The notes: generated from the sequence alone by a model not told the origin. Shown: positions 39,310 through 49,397, numbered from the stretch's first letter. The stretch: 64,000 nucleotides of DNA from an uncultured Chloroflexia bacterium (GCA_963774265.1 CAVZDU010000008.1:224001-288000), one strand, 5' to 3'. Translations and numbers: made by a program.

Positions 39310-39649
39310 CTGCGCCTTCTCGCACCAACTCTTGCGCCTGTTGACTGATGCTGGCCACAACGTTCAAACGCCTGCCGATGTGCGGCCTTCCCTGGTGGGC
39401 GCGGAGGACGCGGCCCACTTCGCGCATGCGAAAGCCAACCGCCGCGCGATTCTGACGCTGAACCCACGTGACTTCAAGGAATTGCATGATCGCAGTCCTG
39501 ATCACTGTGGTGTGCTGGCGATCTATCAAGACAACGACCCCAGCAAGGACATGAGTTGGCGCGATGTTGTGCGTGCGATCGCCAACCTTGAATCCATGAT
39601 AACAAGCGTGGAAGGCCAGTTCATCATCCTGAACATATATCGGTGGTAG
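39284..39649 (+). CDS. PIN-like toxin (DUF5615/VapC45-like)
   Basis: LRLYLDD, GAED and RAILTLNPRDF motifs. Confidence 0.85.
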   Translation: MSLRLYLDDCAFSHQLLRLLTDAGHNVQTPADVRPSLVGAEDAAHFAHAKANRRAILTLNPRDFKELHDRSPDHCGVLAIYQDNDPSKDMSWRDVVRAIANLESMITSVEGQFIILNIYRW

Positions 39650-40401
39650 GGTGGTTCTGCAGTGACTTGCGTTCGAACGACGTTGATCGAACCCTTCGAA
39701 CGGACACTGGACATTGCTCCCCTCTGATTTCAGTAGCATCCCCTCCATGCTGACCGCTCGCTGGGTTAGCTGGCGCACATAGATGCAACCCGTCTCCGCG
39801 GACAGGCGGTTGATGTCGGCCCCGTAACAGGCATACAGGAAAGCGCCCGGCGCCAGTTCTTGACGTATCCAGAGGCCCTTGTCTGCAGGTACGGTGCAAG
39901 CCGTCGAGCGCGCCGTCCCACGGCCGGCTGGCACCCACAGCCACGTCGTAGGCCATCACCGACCCCGATACACCGTCCTGCCACGCGCCCGTTCGGTCGT
40001 AGCCCGCGCCACGCCACATGCGGTACACAAACGTCTGCCCATCGGCCCACCCCAACGGCTCGTAGACCAGGGGCCTGACCTCGGCTCCGGCCTGGAGCCA
40101 TTTCACAACCCCTGCCAGCCTGCCCGGTTGGTCGACCTGCCGTAGCTCGGCACCCTCCGCAGCCCTCACCGTGTGCCCATACGGCCCGGCCACGAACGGC
40201 AGCGCGAGCACCCCTGCCGCCTCCGGCCAGGCACAGGTAGAAGGCAGGCCGCCGCCAGACCTGGGCGCGATGTCGCAGAATCAGGATGCCGGCTGCCGCG
40301 ATGGACGCGGCCAGGACCGCCGCCGAGATGATAACATAGCGCGGCGGATCGGCCAGCAGCATGACGGCCGCAGCAATCAGGATAATGGACGTGCGTTTCA
40401 T
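39624..40401 (-). CDS. Hypothetical membrane protein, frameshifted
   Basis: MKRTSIILIAAAV start with GGAG RBS; hydrophobic N-terminus continues in another frame. Confidence 0.5.
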
Positions 40402-40699
40402 GCGCTCACTCCCGCCATGGGCGCAGACTCTTGCTTGCTGCGGCGCTGCACAACCCACAGGATCCCGGTGAGCAGCGCCAGGGCCAGGAACGCGCCACCG
40501 AAAGCCGCGTAGATGGAATGAGAAGATCGGCCATGTCGTACCATTTTCCCATGACCATGGGGCCCGCATCGCGCAAGCCGTTGATTACTTCCGCGCGGAT
40601 CGTGGCCAGGGCGATCACCGCGCCCGCAGCCAGGGTCCAGAGAAAAGCGCTGACGTGGAACGCCCGCGCCGTCCGGGTTTACGGAAGAGACTTACTCAT
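40398..40699 (-). CDS. Small hypothetical membrane protein, interrupted
   Basis: Two TM-like segments in shifted frames; ATGA overlap with the next gene. Confidence 0.4.
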
Positions 40700-40707
40700 T
40701 TGCATCC

Positions 40708-41002
40708 TCAGAGAACTAAGGAGCTGGCGATCAGCCAGCCAAGCGCTGCCAGCAGTCCCAAATCTGGGCTAGCGGACCATATTCACCAGCGCGTAAGCGA
40801 TACAGGCTGCGACAGCGATTGCACCTCCAGTGCGTGGAAAGCGCCACGCGACAAGCAGTCCCCCGCAGGCCAACAGCGTGGACGCTAGTCGGAGCCAACT
40901 TACGGTCCTCACCGGATCCTCCGGCACGATGGCTGTGAGCCATGTTGCGGTTGGCCAGAGCACCGTAAGAATCACGCTGCAGAAGCGCACAGCGCGTTGC
41001 AT
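40708..41002 (-). CDS. Small hypothetical membrane protein, probable frameshift
   Basis: MQRAVRF... with three to four hydrophobic segments. Confidence 0.4.
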
Positions 41003-41090
41003 TGTCGACTTCTTTCTGCTCCTCAATCCCAAAAACGCCCATGTACGCCGATTCGTTCCACGTATGTGGCTTGTCTGGCGGGCCTCCGGT

Positions 41091-41836
41091 CTACCGCACC
41101 GACTCCGCCATGCGGATCAGGTCTTCCTGCGTCAACTGCGTGAATTGCGTCCAGGCAAACAACATGTAGGTGGCCTCGGCGCCCTCTGGCTGCCACAGCA
41201 GCGTGATGGCCGGCTCCGCCCCCCACTGGCCGTTTTCCCATCCGCCGCGCACGAGCGCCCCGGTCTGGCCGTTGATCGCGACCTCTTCCACGCTGCTTTC
41301 GCTGCCGACCAGCCACTCTCCCCAACTGCTTGCCGGATGGTCGACGTCAATGTACAGGTGAATGCTCTGAGGATGTGCCGGATCCAGCCACGTGAAGCTG
41401 ACCGTCTGGCGCTCGGTGCCAGACGTATGCAGCCAGATGCGCACCCGATCCTCTTGCAGCACAAAGCCATCCGGCGCCCACGCCGGCAAGTGCAGTTCGA
41501 ATGGCAGCGTCGCGCGCTTCGGCCAGGCTCACAACGCGCTCTCGGATGATGGTGGCGCCGCTGGAATCGGGCGGCGGGGCAGTAAAGTCGAAGGTGATGC
41601 CTCCGATCGTGCGGATCAGTTGCCCAACGGTCGCCCGCGCCCCCGGCGCGGCGAGCAGCACCGTCGCGACAATCAGGCACAGCGCGGCCAACCCGGCCGC
41701 AAAGCGCCTGGCGGGCGTGGACACCAACCGGGCATAACCGGCTGGCCGCCACTCCTGGGTGAGCCGCGCGCAGAGATCGTCGGCGAAGGGCGCGCCGCGG
41801 GGTGCGCCGGTACTGGATCAGGAATTCGTCGTTCAT
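41091..41836 (-). CDS. Putative membrane anti-sigma factor with extracytoplasmic domain, frameshifted
   Basis: ATGA-coupled to the ECF sigma; single TM segment; LPAWAPDGF...EEVAINGQTG...LTQEDLIRMAESV. Confidence 0.7.
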
Positions 41837-42426
41837 GCTTGCTCCTCCCACGCAGCACGCAGCTTGCCAATGGTCCGGTGCAGTATCGTGCCCACGTTCG
41901 ATTCGCTGAGGCCGGTCACTGCGGCAATCGCCCGGTTCGTCATATCACCGCCGTACTTGAGCGCGATCAGCTCGCGTTCGCGGGGCGGCAGCTGCGCCAG
42001 CAGCACCCCCAGCCGCGCCAGGTCATCCTGTCGCTGCACCATTTCTGTCAGCGGATCTCCATCCGCGAAATGGGGATCCGCCGGATCGGAATCCGCCAGA
42101 TCGTAATCCGCCGGATCGGGCAGGTCGGCGAGGCTGACATCGTGCCGCGGCCGGCGCAGATGGTCCGTGGCCACGCGGCGGGCGATGCCGAACAGCCAGG
42201 CCTCGAAGGCGCCAAGGTCCCGGCGATAGCGCATGCGACCGCGCCATGCCTTCTCGAAAGTGGTTGCCGTCAGGTCTTCGGCGGTTTGGTCATCGCCCAG
42301 GCGATAGCGAAAGAAGTTATAGACGCGCGGCAACTGCTCCCGATAGACCGCCGACCAATCAACCGCTTCCTCGGCCCGGCTGGCCTGGCCAGTGAAGACG
42401 TCCCAGATGCTTGTCATGTCACTCAT
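41833..42426 (-). CDS. ECF RNA polymerase sigma factor
   Basis: AEDLTATTFEKAW, FEAWLFGIARR and LPPRERELIALKY motifs. Confidence 0.93.
   Translation of the reverse strand: MSDMTSIWDVFTGQASRAEEAVDWSAVYREQLPRVYNFFRYRLGDDQTAEDLTATTFEKAWRGRMRYRRDLGAFEAWLFGIARRVATDHLRRPRHDVSLADLPDPADYDLADSDPADPHFADGDPLTEMVQRQDDLARLGVLLAQLPPRERELIALKYGGDMTNRAIAAVTGLSESNVGTILHRTIGKLRAAWEEQA
42061..42120. repeat. Four 15-bp tandem units inside the sigma linker
   Basis: atccgcgaaatgggg / atccgccggatcgga / atccgccagatcgta / atccgccggatcggg. Confidence 0.75.
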
Positions 42427-42491
42427 TAATACGCAGCCGCGGCCAAAGTATCACAAGGGCGATGGCTCAAGGCTGGCGCTCTGTTCTCAAC

Positions 42492-44549
42492 TCAGTCCCC
42501 GCTCTTCAGGTTGGCTGCCCTTACGCGCAAGGTCGTGCCGATCCGGAACGAGGTCACGACCTCCACGAAGTCGCGCAGCTCCTCCTCGATCGTGTAGTAC
42601 GCGCCGACAACGAGCACCGCACCCACCAGCCTGACCAGCACGCGGCGATCCTTCGTGCCAGCGGCGATTGCCCAGGGACGCTCGTTCTCCACCACGATCG
42701 CGCTGAACCCATCCACCGTCACATCCGCGAGCCGGGTGTACGTGTGGTGCTCCTCGTACCCGGCCGGCGCGCGGGGACTCGTGAACTGCTCGCCGATGCC
42801 GGCGGCGAACGCCGCAGCCAGCTCGTCCCGGCTCCACCAGTTGTAGGCTGATGCGTCCTCGTTCAGGAAGCCCGGCGGCACCACCGTGAAATAGAACGCG
42901 GGCGGTGCGACGGGATTCTCGGTTGGCGGGCCGGCCACGCAGTAGGCGCGGCTCAGCCCGGTCACCTGGCGCGGTTCCCAGCGGGCCGGCCGCGTGAACT
43001 GGAGGCCCAGCACCTCGTCGGCATCGCGCACGAAGCCCGGCGCCAGGGTGGGTGCGGGAGTTGGCGTGACCAGCGGCGTGGGCACGGGTAACACCAGGCC
43101 GGCGGTAATAGCGTTGAAGATCTTAGGGTCAAGATAGGGTTGCGCGCTGCCGAGCAGGAAGCGCTCGACTGCGCGGCCCTGATCGGCCAGGCAGGTCGCC
43201 CGCGGATTGACCCCTGCATAGCCGAACCAGAGCGTGCCAGCGTACGCGGTCAGCCGGCTCTCGTCCGCGTGGCCGAGGCCCACGATCACGCCCCGGTAGC
43301 CGAGCTGACCGGGCATCGCCGGGCAATCGACGACTGGCAGCCCTTCGAGGAGCGCGTCCAACTGCTCCAGATCGAGCTCGTTGAGCTCCCACGCCGGATT
43401 GTCGCTGCGACCGGAGTAGAGGTCGATGTGAGCCCCTGTAGCGCTGATTCCCGGCCGCGGCTTGATGGTTTCCGCGGCGCCCAGCGGGGGCAGCGTTGGC
43501 AAGGTCAGTCGCCGCGCGTGCTGCTCCAATCGCGATAACGTCGCTTCAGGCAACCGGTCGAATACCTGCTGCTGGACTTTGGGAGGGAACATGGCCCGAA
43601 CATCTTCGGGATAGTATGACCCTTCGCGAGGAATGCGCGCGGTGACGGTGTGGCCGTCGTCCGCCATGGAGAGCACCGCGGGCACGCTCGCAGCGCTCGT
43701 GTCGGCGCCCGCCTGATACGCCGCACAGAAGGCCCACACATACACTTCCTGCCCAGTATGGCCCAGGACTTGCCAATCACACACGCCATTCGCCAGCGTA
43801 GGAGGCAGGATGGCTCGCACCAGCGCGGTCTCGTAATCGCGCCAGGTGTGCGCCAATCCGTTGGTCGGCGGCAGGAGGTCGCCGGCGGGTTGCGCACTGA
43901 CGGCAGTGGCGACGGCCGCCGGCGCAGCCGTGGCCGTCGAGGGTGGCGTGACTAGCGGTGTGGGCAACGGCAGATTCAACTCGGCCGCGATCGTGGAGAA
44001 GACACCGGAGTCGAGATAGGGTTGCGCGCTGCTTAGCAGGAACCGCTCAACCTCGCGGCCCGGATCGAGCTGGCACGTTGTCTGAGGGTTCATGGCAGCC
44101 GGAGAGCCGCGCCACACCCAACCGTCGTAGGCGTGCCTCACCCCCACATCCCCTGCGCCAAGCACGACCACCATGCCCCGATAGCCGGCCGGTTCGGCCA
44201 TCGGCGGACACTCCACCGACGGCAGCCGGTCAAGGAGTGTTTTGACATGCTCGACCTCGTCGGCGCTCAGCATCCATTGTGGGACGGGTGCCCCGTTTGA
44301 TGACAGGTCGACGAATGCCTGACCAACGGGCAGACCTGTTGCAGCATCTGCCGGCGTTTCGGGCGTACCGCGCCCCCAGGACTCGTCCGTGAGTGGGTCC
44401 GGTGTCGGCGCGGCGGGCTGAGAGTTCGACGTTAACCCCATGGCGGGATCGGGCAGCGGCGTACATGCGCTGAGGGTCAGGATCAACACCAACGAGAGGC
44501 TGACCAGCAGACGGCTGGGACAGGTCCAGATCGGTGTAAGTGTACTCAT
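42492..44549 (-). CDS. Large hypothetical lipoprotein with a duplicated domain
   Basis: Lipobox LSAC; two copies of a C..GYRG..C..DxGRxVERFLLxSAQPYLD domain; Pro/Thr linkers. Confidence 0.8.
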   Translation of the reverse strand: MSTLTPIWTCPSRLLVSLSLVLILTLSACTPLPDPAMGLTSNSQPAAPTPDPLTDESWGRGTPETPADAATGLPVGQAFVDLSSNGAPVPQWMLSADEVEHVKTLLDRLPSVECPPMAEPAGYRGMVVVLGAGDVGVRHAYDGWVWRGSPAAMNPQTTCQLDPGREVERFLLSSAQPYLDSGVFSTIAAELNLPLPTPLVTPPSTATAAPAAVATAVSAQPAGDLLPPTNGLAHTWRDYETALVRAILPPTLANGVCDWQVLGHTGQEVYVWAFCAAYQAGADTSAASVPAVLSMADDGHTVTARIPREGSYYPEDVRAMFPPKVQQQVFDRLPEATLSRLEQHARRLTLPTLPPLGAAETIKPRPGISATGAHIDLYSGRSDNPAWELNELDLEQLDALLEGLPVVDCPAMPGQLGYRGVIVGLGHADESRLTAYAGTLWFGYAGVNPRATCLADQGRAVERFLLGSAQPYLDPKIFNAITAGLVLPVPTPLVTPTPAPTLAPGFVRDADEVLGLQFTRPARWEPRQVTGLSRAYCVAGPPTENPVAPPAFYFTVVPPGFLNEDASAYNWWSRDELAAAFAAGIGEQFTSPRAPAGYEEHHTYTRLADVTVDGFSAIVVENERPWAIAAGTKDRRVLVRLVGAVLVVGAYYTIEEELRDFVEVVTSFRIGTTLRVRAANLKSGD

Positions 44550-44615
44550 GACTGACTCCTGTTGCTTGGCAATCTCGACAGGGCGGCGATTGGAGTGCGC
44601 TCGTCCTGGCCTTCG

Positions 44616-44642
44616 GACGCAGACAAGGCAGCATAGAGTTCC
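44616..44642 (-). promoter_or_regulatory. Putative ECF promoter GGAAC-N18-CGTC
   Basis: Upstream of the lipoprotein starting at 44549; same architecture as 45717-45743. Confidence 0.55.
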
Positions 44643-44791
44643 GACGCGCAGCCCTCGATGCTGCGCGAATACGGCGGCCCAAGCCTGGCAAGCGATCGCG
44701 AAATCCCACTGCGCCGGCGCTGGGAGCATCCCGCGTGATGCCTCATTAGTTGGGGACGTCAATCGGCATCTCGCAGGTGAGCCGAGCGGCA

Positions 44792-45649
44792 TTACGGCGC
44801 CGGGGCGATCGCGGCGAACAGCAGCGTCTCCCCGCGGCGGGTGCGGACTTCCAGCCGGTCGCCGTCAACCCGGAAGCGCTCCGCCCAGCCGAGCAGCGTG
44901 GTGAAGTCGCCTTCCTGCGCCAACAGGTCCTCCGACGCACAGACCTCGCCCAGCATCTCGACCGACAGGACGCTGATGCCCGTCGCGCTGGCCGTGACCT
45001 GGCCCCGGTAGGTCCTGCAGCCGGCATCGCCGCGGATCTGGCCTGCGGGGCCCGGCGCGTCAAAGACCAGGGTGATGGTCGAGCCGGCGCGGGGAGCCGC
45101 TCCATCCATGTCGATCAGCTGCCAGGTGGTCCCTCCCAGCGCGGTCACATCCTGCGGCGGCCACGCCGCCTGCCGGGCGAAGACCAGGGTCGCCTCGCCC
45201 GCCTCATCGCGCAGCTCCAGCCGGTCGCCGGACAGGTTGAGGCGGCCGCCCGCAGTCAGCGCCTGCATGTACGCCTGCTCCTGCGCCATGAGGCCCGGCT
45301 CCGGGCACGCGATAAGCGTCTGGGCCAGCATGTCGGGGCGGAGCCGATCCGCCTCGATGGTGTAATCCCCGCCGTAGCTGTTGCAGCCCGCGAACCCGGA
45401 CAGCCGGCCATCCGCGAACGCCAGCGTGATGGTCGAGCCTGCCGCGGGCGGTTGGCCGCCCAGCGCGGCGAGCTCCCAGGTCGTGCCCGCGAGCGGGAGT
45501 GGCGCCGGTGTGGCCGCCGGCTGGCCCGGCGCTGGCGCCACGGTGGGAGTGGGCAGCGACGCACACGCGCCGAGCGCCACGATCGCCGCCAATACGAGGC
45601 CGGCCAGGGGGGCTGCGGTGCGCGGCGATCCCGGTGTGAGCTTGCTCAT
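44792..45649 (-). CDS. Tandem META-domain (HslJ-like) lipoprotein
   Basis: Lipobox LGAC; LAGTTWEL..SGFAGCNSYGG and a second GTTWQL..AGCRTY domain. Confidence 0.88.
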   Translation of the reverse strand: MSKLTPGSPRTAAPLAGLVLAAIVALGACASLPTPTVAPAPGQPAATPAPLPLAGTTWELAALGGQPPAAGSTITLAFADGRLSGFAGCNSYGGDYTIEADRLRPDMLAQTLIACPEPGLMAQEQAYMQALTAGGRLNLSGDRLELRDEAGEATLVFARQAAWPPQDVTALGGTTWQLIDMDGAAPRAGSTITLVFDAPGPAGQIRGDAGCRTYRGQVTASATGISVLSVEMLGEVCASEDLLAQEGDFTTLLGWAERFRVDGDRLEVRTRRGETLLFAAIAPAP

Positions 45650-45716
45650 GATGGATTCCTGTTGCCTGCTGGGTTCGAACGCGGACGCCGCAGCCGGCGC
45701 CCGTTCCTGTCAGTGA

Positions 45717-45743
45717 GACGCCGGCGGGGCGGCGCATGGTTCC
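45717..45743 (-). promoter_or_regulatory. Putative ECF promoter GGAAC-N18-CGTC
   Basis: Upstream of the META lipoprotein starting at 45649. Confidence 0.55.
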
Positions 45744-45883
45744 GTTGCGCGTTGCCGAACCTCGCTGGACTGCATGCCGGCGCATGTCGAGCCGCAGGCG
45801 TCACAACAAACAGCCGTTGACGTGCCGGGCATCGGCGGCGTCTGCTGGCACGTCGACGGCTGCGCTTGATCCCGGCAACGGTC

Positions 45884-48718
45884 CTACTGCCCGGCCGCCG
45901 CCCGCAGCGCCTCATCCACCGGCGTCCCATCCACCATGGCGGCGCGAATGGCTTCCCGCAACGCCTGAATGGCCGCCGGATCCACATCCATATCCAGGGG
46001 CGGCGCCAGATGCTCAAGCGCGTACCGGTAGATGCTGTGCACGGCCGGATCAACCCCTGTGAGTGATGCGCTGGCCTCAAAACGCGATCGCCTGGCGGGA
46101 ACCCATCGTTCAGAGTAACCGGCAGCGCGTGACGCCACCGCCAGCCAGCGCCAGCTCTCATCGGGGTGCTGCGTCGCGGTGCTCATGGCGAGAGCGTCGA
46201 CGGACTGCTCCAGCGGAGTGGTCCGTGAGTTCGTTCCCACGGGGAACGGCGCCACGCCGATCCGGGCCGCGAGGCCCTGGCTGTCCGGCGCCACGCCATT
46301 CGCCAGTCCGGAGAACATCGCAGTGGCGGCCCAGGGATCGGCAGCGCTGACCAGTCCGCTACCTTGCGCAGGCTCTGCATATGTCGCCGGTATGGGCATG
46401 ACCTGGTGCACCTTGACCAGGTCCAGGTACCACTGGGCCGCGGCTTGGGTCTCCGGCGCTGCCAGATCGGCCATGCCACCCTCAAGAAGACGCGCGTCTT
46501 GTGCGCGCAGCAGGCCGAATTGCGAGGGCCAGCTTTCCGTGAAACCCCAGCGCGTGCTCCCGTCCGCCTGGGTCTGTGTCAGCATCCTGGCAGTGCGCAG
46601 GAAGTCGTCCCAGGTCCAGCCGGGCGCAGGATAGCTGATCCCCGCCTGGTCGAACAGGTATTGGTTGTAGTAGATCAGTTGCAGAATGAGGCCCCGCGGG
46701 ATGCCCCAGGTCTGCGCGTCGCTTTGCAGCATCTCCAGCGCGCCCGGGTAGAAGTCAGCTGCATCAAAGGACGCGTCGGATGCAATGAACGGAGAGAGAT
46801 CGCGCAAGACCCTCTCCGCGGCACCGGTTCGGATCATGGTGAGGAGCGAATCTCCGCACAGGGTGTCCACCTGCGCTGCAGCCGCCTCGATGCCCTCAGG
46901 CCGCATGGCCGCTGCCTCGGGAGTCACTCCCAGGTCCTCCAGCGCTTTGAGCTGAACAGAGACGCCCGGATTTGCCGCCTGGAAGGCCTCGACCGCGGAC
47001 GCATAAAAGGGCAGACGCTCCTGCCAACACGCAAAAGTGATCACGGTCGCGCCAGCCTCCGGCGCAGGGGTCGCAGGCGCGGGCGTAGCTGTGGACATCG
47101 TGACGATGGCGGTCTGCTCGGTCGCCGGCATTTCGGGCGCACCGCGCACATGCCCCTGCGCGGCCAGGTCGGCCAACGCCTGGACCGCCGTCTTCTCGCC
47201 CTTCACCACCGCCACTACCGCTTCCATCTGGGCCACGTAGTCTGAGTCTGAAGGGAGTCTCCCGGGGAACACTGCCAGGTGATCCAGACCATAGCGATAC
47301 GCCGCCGCGCTGGCCGGTTCCAGCTTCGACCAGAAACTCGCGGCCTCAGCCAGCGAGCGACGGGCCTGGACGTGCTCGCCGTCGGGCAGGTGCTGCGACA
47401 GATAGCTGATCCAGCGCCAACTGGCGTCGGGATGCGCGGTCTGGCCGCTCAGGACCAGGCTGGACAGCGTGCGCATCGGCATCTGCAGCTCGCCGGCCAG
47501 GCTCTCAGGGTAGGGGGCGAGGTGATCTCTTTCCGCTTCCGCCCACCAACTCGCATCCCACATCGCGCTCTTGTTGCCATTACGATAGGGGTCCAGATCA
47601 ACGCCCGAATAGGTCTTGCCCGGTTCCCAGCCCAGCGTAATCGGCGCCGGCGCCGCCCCCGTGCGAACGTATAGCGTCTCGTACCAGGCCAGGACCTCCG
47701 CCAGTGTGGCGTAATCCGGCCCGGCTTGCCAGTCCGAGCTCCATGAGCTCATCAGGCGCCTGTTGATGACGCCAGTGCCCACTTCGCTGTAGCCCCAGCG
47801 CACGATTTCGTCTCCCTGGCGCTGGGTCAGTTGGACCGCCACAGCCAGGAAGTCGACCCAGGTCCAGCCCGGCTGCGGATAGGGCAGGCCGGCCGCGTCG
47901 AACGCGGCGGGCTTGTAGGCAATGAGGCCGAGATCGAAGTAGGTCGGCACGGACAGAACGGCCCCGCCCATCTCCTCCCACGTGTGAAGCAGCCCCGGGT
48001 AGAAATCGTCCGGCTGAAACGACGCGTCCCCAGCGATAAACGGCGCCAGGTCGCGGGCCGCGCCGATCTGCAGGTGCGTGGGCGACGGCATCGCGGAATA
48101 GACGTCCGCCGTCTCTGCTGCCTTTTTCACGGCCGCGTTGTACGACGCCTCATCCGTGCCAAGCACGTCAACCGGGGTGAACTTTACCTTCACATCTGGG
48201 TTCTCGACCTCGAAGCTCGAGATCACCTTGTACAGCGCTTCCCATTCCATGATGCGCTCGCACTGAAAGGTGATCTCAGCGATCGGGGCTGACGCAGGCG
48301 GGACCGCGGCCGCCGGCTCCACCGGACGCCCCGGCCGATCTGGCACGCGCATCCCCAACCAGACCGCCGCGAGGAACAGGACCACAGCGCCCGCCGGCGC
48401 CAGTAGCCACTTGGGTGTCCACGGCTGGCGCACCCGCTTCGGCGAGACAATGACCGGTTCCTTGGGGATCGGTGTGCGCAGCGGTGGCGTCTGCGGCGTC
48501 GCGTGCGCCGCGACCATCTCGGTGAAACGCACCCGGACCCCCGCGCTGGCCCTTATATCGTGCAGGCCGCGGATGTCCGTATCCATCTGCCGGTACGCAC
48601 CCATGTCAGACACGCAGGCTTGACATTCCTGCAGGTGTGCTTCCAACTCCTGCCGGTGTGCAAGCGACAAGCTGTCATACACGGCCACCCAATTCTGATA
48701 TTCGGTGTGGCGCCTCAT
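45884..48718 (-). CDS. Zinc-finger (ZAS) anti-sigma factor fused to two sugar-type extracellular solute-binding domains
   Basis: HLQECQAC, one TM segment, then two SBP family 1 repeats (DL.PFI..DASF...DFYPG; AG..YP.PGWTW.DFL); ATGA overlap with the sigma. Confidence 0.85.
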   Translation of the reverse strand: MRRHTEYQNWVAVYDSLSLAHRQELEAHLQECQACVSDMGAYRQMDTDIRGLHDIRASAGVRVRFTEMVAAHATPQTPPLRTPIPKEPVIVSPKRVRQPWTPKWLLAPAGAVVLFLAAVWLGMRVPDRPGRPVEPAAAVPPASAPIAEITFQCERIMEWEALYKVISSFEVENPDVKVKFTPVDVLGTDEASYNAAVKKAAETADVYSAMPSPTHLQIGAARDLAPFIAGDASFQPDDFYPGLLHTWEEMGGAVLSVPTYFDLGLIAYKPAAFDAAGLPYPQPGWTWVDFLAVAVQLTQRQGDEIVRWGYSEVGTGVINRRLMSSWSSDWQAGPDYATLAEVLAWYETLYVRTGAAPAPITLGWEPGKTYSGVDLDPYRNGNKSAMWDASWWAEAERDHLAPYPESLAGELQMPMRTLSSLVLSGQTAHPDASWRWISYLSQHLPDGEHVQARRSLAEAASFWSKLEPASAAAYRYGLDHLAVFPGRLPSDSDYVAQMEAVVAVVKGEKTAVQALADLAAQGHVRGAPEMPATEQTAIVTMSTATPAPATPAPEAGATVITFACWQERLPFYASAVEAFQAANPGVSVQLKALEDLGVTPEAAAMRPEGIEAAAAQVDTLCGDSLLTMIRTGAAERVLRDLSPFIASDASFDAADFYPGALEMLQSDAQTWGIPRGLILQLIYYNQYLFDQAGISYPAPGWTWDDFLRTARMLTQTQADGSTRWGFTESWPSQFGLLRAQDARLLEGGMADLAAPETQAAAQWYLDLVKVHQVMPIPATYAEPAQGSGLVSAADPWAATAMFSGLANGVAPDSQGLAARIGVAPFPVGTNSRTTPLEQSVDALAMSTATQHPDESWRWLAVASRAAGYSERWVPARRSRFEASASLTGVDPAVHSIYRYALEHLAPPLDMDVDPAAIQALREAIRAAMVDGTPVDEALRAAAGQ

Positions 48719-49257
48719 GGCAACCCTCCGTTCACCCCGTCCTCGTGGGGCCCATAAGCTTTCCTGAACATCTCGCGTGCCCGCCTTATTCGCATCTTTG
48801 CTGCACCCTCGCGGATGCCGAGCGCACCGGCCACTTCCAGCACGCTCAATCCGTAAACCACGTAGAGCAGCAGCGGCGCGCGATAGTCGAGCGGCAGCGC
48901 CGCCAGTGTGCGCTCCACCGAGTCCCGCTCACGGGTTGCATCCGCCACGTCTGGGTGGGGCGCATGCAGCTCATCCGCCTGGCTCCACGGCAGCCACACA
49001 AACCGCCGGCCGCGGCGTAGCGTGTCGAAGGCGACATTGGTGGCAACGCGATACACCCACGCCCGTCGATTCTCGATGGCATCGAGCTGGCGGCGGGCGT
49101 TGAACGCACGCAAGAAAGTCTCCTGCGTCAACTCCTCAGCGGTCTCCCGGTTGTTTACAAGGCGATACAGGTAGGCGAAGATCGCGTCGGCGTAGTTGTC
49201 GAAAAGCTGGCTGACCAACAACGTCGCGCGATCACCCTCCAGGGCCTGTGTGATCAT
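48715..49257 (-). CDS. ECF RNA polymerase sigma factor
   Basis: AEELTQETFLRAF, RAWVYRVATN and LPLDYRAPLLL motifs. Confidence 0.93.
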   Translation of the reverse strand: MITQALEGDRATLLVSQLFDNYADAIFAYLYRLVNNRETAEELTQETFLRAFNARRQLDAIENRRAWVYRVATNVAFDTLRRGRRFVWLPWSQADELHAPHPDVADATRERDSVERTLAALPLDYRAPLLLYVVYGLSVLEVAGALGIREGAAKMRIRRAREMFRKAYGPHEDGVNGGLP

Positions 49258-49310
49258 GGCGCAATCCTTGGCTCAGGTGGTGGCGAACGTGATGCGCATC
49301 TTCTAACAAG

Positions 49311-49339
49311 TATGACGGACGAAGGAGGGGGAAAGTAAC
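49311..49339 (-). promoter_or_regulatory. Putative autoregulatory ECF promoter GTTAC-N17-CGTCATA
   Basis: Lies about 55 nt upstream of the sigma start at 49257. Confidence 0.4.
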
Positions 49340-49343
49340 AGAG

Positions 49344-49397
49344 AAAAAGACCTCCGAGATCGTACCAACCTGCGGTTGGCTTGAAATCTCGGAGGTC
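49344..49397 (-). terminator. Intrinsic terminator after nirS
   Basis: 12-bp stem gacctccgagat / atctcggaggtc followed by TTTTT on the minus strand. Confidence 0.7.
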
